Of a stretch of 64,000 nt of DNA, positions 32,290 through 41,459 are shown piece by piece. The translations under genes and the position numbers were made by a program. Every line of letters starts with the position of its first letter. Position 1 is the stretch's first letter. Origin of the DNA: an uncultured delta proteobacterium (lineage in GTDB: Bacteria; Desulfobacterota; Desulfobacteria; Desulfobacterales; Desulfatirhabdiaceae); the NCBI GenBank assembly GCA_963789395.1, contig CAWBKP010000012.1:96001-160000 (forward strand), written 5' to 3'. Below the pieces are notes generated by a model, which was given only the letters and a program-made list of their open reading frames with translations, was not told the DNA's origin and ran no database searches.

Positions 32290-32751
32290 TTCCAGCCCCT
32301 CAAGAATCTCGTCAATCCGCTCCGGAGTCAGTTTTCCGTAAACCTTGCGATTGATCATCATGGCAGGGGCACGGTCGCAGTAACCGATGCAGCAGGTGGG
32401 CAGCAGGGTAAAACGGCCGTCCGCCGTAGTCTGTCCATAATCGATGTTCAGCTTGCTGCGCAGATAATCCAGAACCGACTGATATGCCTGCATCCAGCAT
32501 ACCACGCCGTCGCAGACATGAATCACATACCTGCCCACGGATTTCCGGTAGATGAATTCATAGAATGTGGCGATTTCCTCGACTTCCAGCGGCGTCATGC
32601 CCAGAAGCGCTGCGGCCTCTTCCAGAAGCGCATCGCTCAGATACCCGAACCGGTCCTGCAGGGTAAAGACGACATCCATGATCTTCTCCCGCGGGTGATC
32701 GATCGCGGCGATCTGGCGTTGAAGCATTTCTTTGAGATCATCGGGTATCAT
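32290..32751 (-). CDS. nuoE: NADH-quinone oxidoreductase subunit E (reads in frame into nuoF as sequenced)
   Basis: IATFY, VCDGVVC, TCCIGYCDRAPAM. Confidence 0.9.
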
Positions 32752-32765
32752 GGCATGTCTCTTAC

Positions 32766-35165
32766 CTACCGGTCAATATCCGGCAGCAGGTAGTCCGCCG
32801 TGCCGATGATGGCCACAAAATCGGAGATGGAAGCGCCCCGTGCCATCAGCGGGATGGCCTGAGCATTGGCAAAGGCGGGCGTCCGGATACGCATCCGGTA
32901 GGCGCTGCTTCTGCCGTCGCTGACAACGTAATACCCCTGGTCTCCGCGCGGGGACTCAATGGCCGCGTACGCTTCTCCGGACGGTATTTTGGGGCCGCGC
33001 GTGGTATGGACGAAATGATGAATCAGTGTTTCGATGTCCTTTAATGTTGCGGCTTTCGGCGGCACGGCATAGCGGCAGTCTTCACTGACGTAAGCGCCGC
33101 CAGGCATCCGGTCAGCAGCCTGGCGGATGATCCGGAGGCTCTGCCGCATTTCCTCGACGCGGACCCGGTACCGGGCATAACAGTCGCCCTCGCTGGCTGT
33201 CGGCACATCGAAATCATAATGCTGGTATCCGGAATAGGGGAATTTCTTTCGAACGTCCCAGTCCATGCCGCTGGCGCGCAGCATGGGGCCGGTTACTCCC
33301 CAGTCTATGGCATCGTGCAGGGAGAGGTGGCCGATGCCCTGGGTACGGGCTTTGAAAATCGGGTTTTTTGTCGTGAGAGATTCGTACTCTTTCAGTCGCT
33401 GCAGAAACACGGTTACAAAGGCGTCAACAGCCTCCTTCCAGCCGTCCGGCAGATCCGCGGCCACCCCGCCGATCCGGAACCACGACGGATGCAGCCGGCC
33501 GCCGGTGATCAGTTCCACAATATCCATGATCTGTTCGCGTTCGCGGAAAGTATAAAAATTAGGTGTCATGGCGCCCAGGTCGTGCGCCAGCGTGGCAAAC
33601 CAGATCAGATGATTGTTCAGCCGGAAGAATTCGCTCAGCATCACGCGGATGCACTGGGCCCGGTCAGGAACGTCTATGCCTGCAAGGGTTTCAACGGCCG
33701 TCAAGTAGGAAAGATTGTTGGCGGTTCCGTTCATGTAGTCCACCCGGTCGGTATAGGGAATGAACTGGTGCCAGGTCTGGCGCTCGCCGATTTTCTCGAC
33801 TCCCCGGTGATGGTAGCCGATGTCCATATCCAGATCCGAGATGATTTCGCCGTCAAGCGCCAGAACAAACCGCATCAGGCCGTGCGTGCTCAGATGATGG
33901 GGCCCCAGATTCAGCAGCAGTTCTTCTTTGCCGCTGGGCTTCTTGAAAAACACCCCGGCGTCCAGAGGCTGCTGGAGCTTTGCATCCGCCAGCGTATAGG
34001 GTGGCATTTCCGTGGCTCTTCCGGGATAATTCTTTAACAGCGGATGTCCCTGCCAGTCATGCGGCATGAGAAGCCGCTTCAGGTTCGGATGTCCTTTGAA
34101 ATCGATGCCGAACATGTCAAAGACTTCCCGTTCATACCAGTTGGCGCCGGGCCACAGGTCTGTGAGGGTGGGCGCAGCCGGATGCGAACCGTAAAGGGGG
34201 GCCTTGACGCGGACCCGGCTGGGCCCTTCAAAGGAGAGCAGATGGTAAACCAGGGTAAAGTCCGGGTGGAGACCCGATTCCTTGCGGGCCGATTCGTCCA
34301 CGGCCGTGAGATCTTCCAGGCGAGGAAAGCGGGGAGATGACGCATTTTTCAGAAAACCGAGTACATCCCGGATTTGATCCGGATTTACCTGGAGGGTCAG
34401 CATGTCCGAGGTGGCGACTGCCGGCTGTACGGCGTCTTTGAATCTTTCCAGAAGCTGGCCTATCAACGACGTGTCGGTGGAACTGAGTTCAATGTGATGT
34501 GCCGGCGGGGTCCACATCAACTCGTTGCGATTCTGCCGGAAATACGGCGGGGTTGCGGCGGTGCCGCGAATCGGCAGGCCTTGATAACCGGTTCCCCGGG
34601 TGTCGCGGCTCTTGCTGAAGCCATCCACCCGCACGGGTTGCTGCGTGCCCTGGCTGCCGCCTTCCAGGTTCAGAACGGCGCGTGCCGGACGTTCATTGGA
34701 GCGGATCTTTTCCTGAAGCAGGGTCAGGGCATATAAAACCGCTTCGGGACGGGGCGGGCATCCGGGGATATACATATCCACCGGCAGCATCTGGTCCACG
34801 CCCTGAACCACGCTGTAAACATCGTACATGCCGCCGGAATTGGCACAGGAGCCCATGGATATCACCCACCGGGGTTCGGCCATCTGTTCGTAGAGCCTCA
34901 GCACCACCGGGGCGATTTTTTTAAAAACCGTTCCGGAAATGATCAGAAGATCGGCCTGGCGGGGCGAGCCCCGCATGACTTCAGCGCCGAAACGCGCGAT
35001 ATCGTAGCGGGACGTGAAGGCTGCCGCCTCTTCGATAAAACAGCAGGACAGACCGAAAAACATGGGCCAGAGGCTGTACCGGCGGGACCAGTTGATGAGC
35101 GCATCCAGTCGGGTCAGCAGGAAGTTTTGCTGTTGCAGGAAGGCGGTGATGCCATTGTTCCCCAC
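32766..35165 (-). CDS. nuoBCD: Fused NADH-quinone oxidoreductase subunit B/C/D
   Basis: [25 protein letters not shown] (B); [17 protein letters not shown] (C); [30 protein letters not shown] (D); GTG start after GGAGG. Confidence 0.92.
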   Translation of the reverse strand: MGNNGITAFLQQQNFLLTRLDALINWSRRYSLWPMFFGLSCCFIEEAAAFTSRYDIARFGAEVMRGSPRQADLLIISGTVFKKIAPVVLRLYEQMAEPRWVISMGSCANSGGMYDVYSVVQGVDQMLPVDMYIPGCPPRPEAVLYALTLLQEKIRSNERPARAVLNLEGGSQGTQQPVRVDGFSKSRDTRGTGYQGLPIRGTAATPPYFRQNRNELMWTPPAHHIELSSTDTSLIGQLLERFKDAVQPAVATSDMLTLQVNPDQIRDVLGFLKNASSPRFPRLEDLTAVDESARKESGLHPDFTLVYHLLSFEGPSRVRVKAPLYGSHPAAPTLTDLWPGANWYEREVFDMFGIDFKGHPNLKRLLMPHDWQGHPLLKNYPGRATEMPPYTLADAKLQQPLDAGVFFKKPSGKEELLLNLGPHHLSTHGLMRFVLALDGEIISDLDMDIGYHHRGVEKIGERQTWHQFIPYTDRVDYMNGTANNLSYLTAVETLAGIDVPDRAQCIRVMLSEFFRLNNHLIWFATLAHDLGAMTPNFYTFREREQIMDIVELITGGRLHPSWFRIGGVAADLPDGWKEAVDAFVTVFLQRLKEYESLTTKNPIFKARTQGIGHLSLHDAIDWGVTGPMLRASGMDWDVRKKFPYSGYQHYDFDVPTASEGDCYARYRVRVEEMRQSLRIIRQAADRMPGGAYVSEDCRYAVPPKAATLKDIETLIHHFVHTTRGPKIPSGEAYAAIESPRGDQGYYVVSDGRSSAYRMRIRTPAFANAQAIPLMARGASISDFVAIIGTADYLLPDIDR

Positions 35166-35548
35166 TCCAGTCCTCCCTTCTTCCAAACGTAGAACAGCCC
35201 GAAGAGCAGCAGTACGATGAAAAACGTCATTTGTGTCCAGCCTGCCCATCCCAGGCCGTAAAAAGAAACTGCCCAGGAGAAAATAAAGGCAGCCTCCACA
35301 TCGAAGATGAGAAAGAAAACAGCCACCATGTAAAACGCAACCGGTGAACGCAGCAGCGCTGGGCCTGTCGGGATAACGCCGCTCTCATACGCCCGTGATT
35401 TTTCGCGGCCGCTTTTTTTTTCACCCAGCCAGGAGCAGCAAAAGAGCAGGATCGCCATCAGGCCGAGCACCATCGCGCCATATGTCAGCATGGCCAGAAG
35501 GCCGGGCTCCCAGGGCGATAAGGTTGCTGGTGTAACTGCAGGTTGCAT
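35114..35548 (-). CDS. nuoA: NADH-quinone oxidoreductase subunit A
   Basis: [28 protein letters not shown]. Confidence 0.93.
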   Translation of the reverse strand: MQPAVTPATLSPWEPGLLAMLTYGAMVLGLMAILLFCCSWLGEKKSGREKSRAYESGVIPTGPALLRSPVAFYMVAVFFLIFDVEAAFIFSWAVSFYGLGWAGWTQMTFFIVLLLFGLFYVWKKGGLEWGTMASPPSCNSKTSC

Positions 35549-35831
35549 TCTCTTTTCCTGATATTCTGATTTCAGTTGACATTCAACTGGTTGTTATTTA
35601 TCCGACCTTGCCTGGAGATAAATGACTTACAGGATATGTATTATGTTAAAAAAAACTTGTCAATACCTACATTGTTGAGCGCAGCAGACTGTTCCAATGA
35701 AACGGCTGGAATTGAATGCACCTGAGGTTTTCACTTGACCCCATGGGATAGTTTCAATAGACTTGGTCATTGGGTGGGGTTTTTAAACAAAGAGAAAGTT
35801 GATCGGTGAAAAGCCGACGCATTGAGTGATT

Positions 35832-36611
35832 ATGCGTATTGGATTTTTTGACTCGGGCATTGGCGGTTTGAGTGTTTTATATGAAGCGCTTCGCCTGTTG
35901 CCGCATGAGGATTATCTCTACTATGCCGACGATGCCAACGTTCCCTATGGCAACAAGTCCAAGGAAGAGATCCGGTGCTGTGTGTTTGATGCTGTCGGCT
36001 TTCTGGCAAGAATGGATATCAAGGCCCTTGTTGTTGCCTGCAACACGGCTACCAGTGTGGCCATTCAGGATATTCGCCTGAAATACGGATTTCCGATCAT
36101 CGGCATGGAACCGGCGGTGAAACCGGCGGTCAAATCCGTTGGCGGTAAGCGGGTGCTGGTATTCGCAACCCCTTTGACACTTCGTGAACCCAAATTCATC
36201 GGCCTTCTGAATCAGGTTGATATCCATAATACCGTCGACTATCTTCCCCTGCAGGAACTGGTTGCCTTTGCGGAGGCCTATCAGTTTGACCGGGATGTCA
36301 TCCGTTCATATCTGAAAGAGCGTTTGAGAGATTATGACCTGAGCTGTTACGGTGCCGTAGTTCTCGGGTGCACCCATTTTCCGTTTTTTAAGGACCACAT
36401 CCGTGAAATCTTTCCCAACGGCACGGTCATCGTCGATGGGAACAGGGGCACGGTGAATAACCTGAAAAATATGCTGGCATCCATGGGGAAGATTCACGAA
36501 GGCAGCGGTCAGGTTGAGTATTACAGATCCGGCAATAGGGTCATGGAGGACTACACGATGGAACGGTACCTGCAACTGCTTCGACGGATCGAGACCGGCA
36601 ATGCGGGCTGA
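35832..36611 (+). CDS. murI: Glutamate racemase
   Basis: FDSGIGG, PYG, ACNTAT, LGCTHF. Confidence 0.9.
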   Translation: MRIGFFDSGIGGLSVLYEALRLLPHEDYLYYADDANVPYGNKSKEEIRCCVFDAVGFLARMDIKALVVACNTATSVAIQDIRLKYGFPIIGMEPAVKPAVKSVGGKRVLVFATPLTLREPKFIGLLNQVDIHNTVDYLPLQELVAFAEAYQFDRDVIRSYLKERLRDYDLSCYGAVVLGCTHFPFFKDHIREIFPNGTVIVDGNRGTVNNLKNMLASMGKIHEGSGQVEYYRSGNRVMEDYTMERYLQLLRRIETGNAG

Positions 36612-36668
36612 AAACGTGAAACCGGGGGAAAAAGGATTTACGGGCAAACTCCCCGGTGGTTGACCGGG

Positions 36669-38141
36669 TCAGGAGTCGAAGCGGGTATGTTTCAAGTCGG
36701 TTTCGGCCTGTTGCCGAAGCGTGTTCAGGGAAGACTGGACGTCATTGCCAAGAGGAGTTGTCCGGTGATTGGCCAGAATTTCCCGGGTCTTTTCAATGGC
36801 CTTTTCTGCCCAGGTTTTTTCTCCCTGGGCCATCCAGTCATCCAGGGTTCTGCGATTGATCAGGTGGGGCTGCCAGTGCTCTTTTCTGAAAAAATCGAAT
36901 GTATGCTGGGTGGAAATAAAATCCCCCTGGGGTCCGGCTTCACGGATCACATCCAGGGCCAGATGCTCGGCATCGATTGTAAAGCCCCTGGCCATGCGCC
37001 TGACATAGCTGATGATTTCCGAGCACATGACCAGCGCGGCCGGATGGCCGACCAGTCCCTGTCCCAGATAGCCCACATCGTGAACAAGATTGGCGCCGTC
37101 CTGAATGGCCGTCATCAGGGATACGGCCCATTCCATTCCGGCCTGCTGGTCGATGCAGTGGGCATCGCTGACGCCTGCGGTTCCCCACATGGGAATGCCG
37201 TAAAAGTGGAAAAGATCGGCACAGGCGGAAAGGGCCAGGCGATATTCCGGGCAGCCGTAAACGCAGGCCGAGGTTTTCATATCAAATGTCGACATGCCGA
37301 ATCCGGAGATAATGGGGGCTCCCTTGGCCCGGAGCTGGTGAAGCACAATGCCGCTCAGGGCCTCGGCATTGCCGACGGTGATAGCCCCGGCAAGGGTGAC
37401 AGGGGCGCTGGCGCCGGACATCATGCCGGGGGTATAGTTGACGGGCGCGCTGTTTTCAGCACAGAAAAAGAGTTTTTGAATGGCGCCGATTGAGTGGGTC
37501 AAGGGACTCAGTGGTTCGGCATAATGAATATGGATCGGTTTTTCCCGCAATGCGTCTTTCCCGCCCATGACGACTGCCGCCATTTCGTGAATCACCCGGA
37601 TGTCTTCGATGCCGGCAGCCGTGTAAAAAATGGGTTTGATCGAATTTTCCAGTTCGGTCTTGAAGGAATCGATGTACATCAGGTTGACGGGAGAATCGTA
37701 GGGCAGGGCATAAGAGCCGATGAAATCAATTTCTTCGAGGGCGTCTCCCACGCTGGCTGCATTGGCCACGTCACAGAGCCGGGACTGGCGCATGCAGCCG
37801 CTTTCCATGTCGTAAGTATGCGTCAGATCGGTCCCCATGCCAAAATACGTCCGGTTGCCTTCCAGCACCATGGCTTCATTGCCAAGGCGATTGTAGATGG
37901 TGATGGCGGAAGGGGCGCTCTGGATGCACTTTTCTACCAGATCTCCGGGGATCAGGACGATATTGTCGGACTTGACCCGGCATCCGGCCCCGGCCAGCAT
38001 ATCAACGGCTTCCGGGTACAGGACCCTGACCCCGATGGTTTCCAGAAGCTCGAGTGTGGCGCGGTGAAGATGGTTGATCTGATCCACGGTGAGAAGCCGG
38101 TATGCGGGCATGCACTGTGACTTGAATCCGGTATGCGTCAC
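36669..38141 (-). CDS. Trimethylamine methyltransferase (MttB) superfamily protein without pyrrolysine
   Basis: IHYAEPLSPL, GASAPVTLAG, NAEALSG, DMKT..GCPE, SDA..DQQAG.E, GANLVHDVG; no in-frame TAG. Confidence 0.9.
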   Translation of the reverse strand: MTHTGFKSQCMPAYRLLTVDQINHLHRATLELLETIGVRVLYPEAVDMLAGAGCRVKSDNIVLIPGDLVEKCIQSAPSAITIYNRLGNEAMVLEGNRTYFGMGTDLTHTYDMESGCMRQSRLCDVANAASVGDALEEIDFIGSYALPYDSPVNLMYIDSFKTELENSIKPIFYTAAGIEDIRVIHEMAAVVMGGKDALREKPIHIHYAEPLSPLTHSIGAIQKLFFCAENSAPVNYTPGMMSGASAPVTLAGAITVGNAEALSGIVLHQLRAKGAPIISGFGMSTFDMKTSACVYGCPEYRLALSACADLFHFYGIPMWGTAGVSDAHCIDQQAGMEWAVSLMTAIQDGANLVHDVGYLGQGLVGHPAALVMCSEIISYVRRMARGFTIDAEHLALDVIREAGPQGDFISTQHTFDFFRKEHWQPHLINRRTLDDWMAQGEKTWAEKAIEKTREILANHRTTPLGNDVQSSLNTLRQQAETDLKHTRFDS

Positions 38142-38169
38142 TTTTGAGTCTCCTTGGAATTACGAATCG

Positions 38170-39045
38170 TCAGAATTGAACCAGCATCTCTTCCGGCCGG
38201 ATCTGTCTCGGGATGGCTCCCAGCTCCAGCTGGATTCGAATACAGTTTTCAAGCCCTTCAAAATCGATACGGCCGTTCGGCTCCAGATTGGGTAAATGCC
38301 GGTTCAAGGCACTGCGAAACACCGCCGGGTCCACGCCGAACATGCGGCTCCCGGAAGGAATGCAGGCTTCCGGGTCCGCTGCCATCAGCCGCACGGACTG
38401 CCTGTAGCCTTCCATCAGCGCCATCAGGTGATCGCCTTTGTTTTGAATCCATGTATCGGATGCAAAAATTCCTCCCCACTGGTAGCGGGGAAAAAAATCG
38501 CCGACTCTGGTCAGCACGTGAAAAATCCCCTTTGTTTCGCCGGAACTCAAGACGGGTTCCACCATGAAGCCTGCGTCAATGCGGCCGCTGGTAAAACAGG
38601 ATGGATCGCTGTAGGCGCTGCCAAGCGGTACCAGTGTCGCTTCAGTGTCTGGATCGATTCCCCGGGTTTGCAGCAGGCGCCGGATAAAATAATCGTCACA
38701 GCTTCCCCTGGAGAGAATCCCGATTTTGCGGCCCTTTAGCTCCGCCAGTGAATGGATGCCGGGCCTTGCCACCAGAAAATGATCCAGGCTGCGGATAAAA
38801 GTGCTGCCGATGATTCGGGCCGAAAGCCCCTGGGAAAAGGCTGCCAGAAACGGCGGAAGGCCGATTTCACCGACATGGATCCGGCTGTCCCGTACAGCCT
38901 GAAGCAGTTCAGGCCCCCCGTGATGGACCTTGACTTCCGGGCAGACCCCCAGGTGTTGAAAAATGTGTTTTTCAACACCATAGACCAGCGGAAAACGCTC
39001 GATCCAGAATGATGGCGCGCCCCAGAGAATGGGAATAGTTTTCAT
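38170..39045 (-). CDS. SsuA/NMT1/THI5-like binding-protein fold, no evident signal peptide
   Basis: GGPELLQAV, LVARPGIHSLAELKGRKIG, GRIDAG..EP; the N-terminus MKTIPILWGAPSF has no hydrophobic leader. Confidence 0.7.
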   Translation of the reverse strand: MKTIPILWGAPSFWIERFPLVYGVEKHIFQHLGVCPEVKVHHGGPELLQAVRDSRIHVGEIGLPPFLAAFSQGLSARIIGSTFIRSLDHFLVARPGIHSLAELKGRKIGILSRGSCDDYFIRRLLQTRGIDPDTEATLVPLGSAYSDPSCFTSGRIDAGFMVEPVLSSGETKGIFHVLTRVGDFFPRYQWGGIFASDTWIQNKGDHLMALMEGYRQSVRLMAADPEACIPSGSRMFGVDPAVFRSALNRHLPNLEPNGRIDFEGLENCIRIQLELGAIPRQIRPEEMLVQF

Positions 39046-39058
39046 CGAATCACCAAAA

Positions 39059-40441
39059 TTAAAACAAAAAGGCAACCCCCATCTCAGCAATTTCGTCCTT
39101 GATCCTGTGGTACATATCCAGATGCTCCTGCGTGGGGACTGCTTTGGCCACGTCATAGCATTCGTGGTATTCGCTGCCCATGGGTGCGTCCGCGGCGGCG
39201 TCTTCATACTTGGCCAGCAGCCGATTGGCGATTTCGTTGACTTCGGCCCGGCTCATTCCCTGGTTGGCGATTGCGTGGCCGGCTTCGACGCCCAGGCGAG
39301 CTTCCAGGGGGGTGGCCCGGTTGCGGTATTTGTTGCGGGTGGACGCCATTTCCCAGAGGTGCCATCCCGAGACCGTGGAAACCATGGCATGGACAGCTGT
39401 TTCCCGGAAGAGCATTTCTGTCATGGGGCCGGCATTGGCGAATCCATTCGATGTGTACAGAAGCTTGCTGTTTCGTGCCAATGCCTGCCCGGCCATGGAA
39501 ATCGACCAGAGCAGTTCCCGGGTGGTGTTGGAACAGTAGTTCAGGTGAAAGGGAAAATGCTGGTTGAAAATGGCGCCGTGGATCAGCAGGCCGATGAGGC
39601 TGTAGGCAACGGTTGCAACCGCCGTGCCTTCCGATCCGCCGCACCAGCCGCCATAAATGGCGCCGGTCAGATTGCCGGTAAAGCATCCGTACTGGGCATA
39701 ATGCAGTGCGCGGTTAAGCAGGGTGTCGGCGGTCTTGAATTCGGTCAGAGACCCCACCAGCCGGGAATCGGTTTTCTGCACGCCCCAGTTGTCGTCGGAA
39801 ACGGCGATCTGGCCGCTGTCGTGTTCAGCCGTGCCGACAGCCACCATGAAGGTGCCGGGGCGTCCCAGAAGCCGGGCAGCCATTTTCTGGTTGTAAATAT
39901 GCTGGATGCAGCCGCTGATTTCGGTGGGGCCTCCGGATTCGATCAAATGTCCGAAGGTTTCTTCCAGAATCGGGCCGCAGAGGCCATCCAGGAGAGGCTC
40001 TTTCAAATAAGCCATGCACATGGACTGGTGATATTTTTCATCCACGGTGATGTCCGGGCTCATGATGCAGAAAGGGGGCGTCTTGTCTTCAACCGTACGA
40101 TGCTTCCACAGGCGGGCGTCTTTTCCGCCACCGACCCAGTACTGGTCGTTGGCCATGTAAAGCGCTTCCTTGATCTCGCTGTCGGTGACTTCGATGATGC
40201 GGTGCGAATCCGTGTTGTAGTAGCCGACATCCCTAAACAGGTCCCAGGCTGCCTGCCAGATCCGGTCCGCCATGGCGTCATCGCTGGGGCAGGGATTCCT
40301 GGGGTCGTATTTGATTTCGTATTGTTTAATGAGTTTTTTAAGCGTCGGCGTGAAGCGTCTGGGCAGAAAATCATCTTCATCCATGAATCTGCCGGTTCTG
40401 GCGCGTTCCATTATTTCCCAGAGTCGATAGGCTGTTGCCAT
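39059..40441 (-). CDS. Monomethylamine methyltransferase (MtmB) family protein without pyrrolysine
   Basis: Collinear with MtmB as I recall it: ERARTG, YNTDSHRII, GRPG, EFK, AIYGGWCGG, NTTRE, AGPMTEM, LEARL, ECYDV; 460 aa with no amber codon. Confidence 0.88.
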   Translation of the reverse strand: MATAYRLWEIMERARTGRFMDEDDFLPRRFTPTLKKLIKQYEIKYDPRNPCPSDDAMADRIWQAAWDLFRDVGYYNTDSHRIIEVTDSEIKEALYMANDQYWVGGGKDARLWKHRTVEDKTPPFCIMSPDITVDEKYHQSMCMAYLKEPLLDGLCGPILEETFGHLIESGGPTEISGCIQHIYNQKMAARLLGRPGTFMVAVGTAEHDSGQIAVSDDNWGVQKTDSRLVGSLTEFKTADTLLNRALHYAQYGCFTGNLTGAIYGGWCGGSEGTAVATVAYSLIGLLIHGAIFNQHFPFHLNYCSNTTRELLWSISMAGQALARNSKLLYTSNGFANAGPMTEMLFRETAVHAMVSTVSGWHLWEMASTRNKYRNRATPLEARLGVEAGHAIANQGMSRAEVNEIANRLLAKYEDAAADAPMGSEYHECYDVAKAVPTQEHLDMYHRIKDEIAEMGVAFLF

Positions 40442-40506
40442 CGGGTTTTCCCCCTTGTTTTAGGTATGAGACAAAAAAATCGGTACCCGTTTTCGCTGTT
40501 TTTTTA

Positions 40507-41145
40507 TCAGTTCGCGGCGGCCAGCAGGGACACCATGAGATCGGGGGCGGATTTGGCGTCGTAACAGTACAGATCCGCACCGATTTTATCGGCCCACAAC
40601 TGGGATGTCGGTGCCCCTCCGATAACCACTTTGAATTTGTCCCGAATTCCCTTGTCCTTCAATATTTCAATGATTTCCTTCTGTCGCGGCATGGTGGTAG
40701 TCATCAGAGAGGAAGATGCGATAAAATCTGCGCCCATGGCCACTGCTTCCTTGACAAACGCAAGAGAATCAACGTCGTAGCCCAGGTCTTTGACTTCGAA
40801 ACCGCTGGTTTCCAGAATCAGTTTGACAATATTTTTGCCGATTTCATGCAGATCGCCTCTCACCACGCCGATAACGACTTTTCCCTTGCATTTTTGTCCG
40901 CCTACTTTTTCAAGATAGGGCCCAAGGACTTTCACGACGGCGCTCAGCGCATCACCGGCCATCATGATTTCCGGCAGAAAAATATCCAGTTTGGCGAAAA
41001 GGTCTCCGACATGCGCCATGGTCCGCGTGAGCATTTCGATCATTTCTATGGGATCGGCGCCGGCAACCAGCAGATTTTCCGCAAGTTCCCGAGCTGCATC
41101 GGCGTCGCCGTCTTCTACAAGTTTGCTTAATTGTTCCAAGGACAT
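40507..41145 (-). CDS. Methyltransferase cognate corrinoid (B12-binding) protein
   Basis: IFLPE, GDLHEIGKN (DxHxxG), DLGYDV, SSLMTTT, IGGAP. Confidence 0.93.
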   Translation of the reverse strand: MSLEQLSKLVEDGDADAARELAENLLVAGADPIEMIEMLTRTMAHVGDLFAKLDIFLPEIMMAGDALSAVVKVLGPYLEKVGGQKCKGKVVIGVVRGDLHEIGKNIVKLILETSGFEVKDLGYDVDSLAFVKEAVAMGADFIASSSLMTTTMPRQKEIIEILKDKGIRDKFKVVIGGAPTSQLWADKIGADLYCYDAKSAPDLMVSLLAAAN

Positions 41146-41183
41146 CGTTGTCTCCCTGTGGGTATTTTCAATGAAAATTTAAT

Positions 41184-41193
41184 TGTATATACA
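41184..41193. promoter_or_regulatory. Candidate GntR-family operator palindrome
   Basis: Perfect palindrome TGTATATACA about 40 bp upstream of the corrinoid gene; TTGACA on the minus strand near 41224-41229. Confidence 0.45.
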
Positions 41194-41459
41194 GCTTAAT
41201 CATTAAATGAATCCATGGCGGATTGTCAAGTCATTTTTGAGCAAGAAACGGAGTTGGAGGATCAAGCTTTCTCATGAACCCGGTGAACAAATCGAGTCGA
41301 ACACTCGATAATTCTTAAAAAAAGGGATAGGTCCCGTATGCCGATGGTGACAGCCGGGCGAATGTCAAGATCATCACCGATTCCCCGTTGATGATAAAAA
41401 TGATGACGGATTGCAGCGCATTCAATCGTATAAGGGTTCAGCCTGAATGCGAACTGGAA

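Noticed and set aside
31759..32751. Apparent NuoE-NuoF fusion ORF
   Set aside because: The junction reads GAAATGACG; a 1-bp indel would restore a normal ATGA stop/start overlap, and indels are common in this window
35573..35589. CAGTTGA-N3-TCAACTG palindrome upstream of nuoA as an FNR or Rex site
   Set aside because: The spacing does not fit either consensus and it occurs only once
39029..40564. 511-aa plus-strand ORF (and similar long ORFs at 6821, 24873, 30109, 31870, 36660, 58293)
   Set aside because: These are shadow ORFs antisense to well-supported genes and show no recognisable motifs
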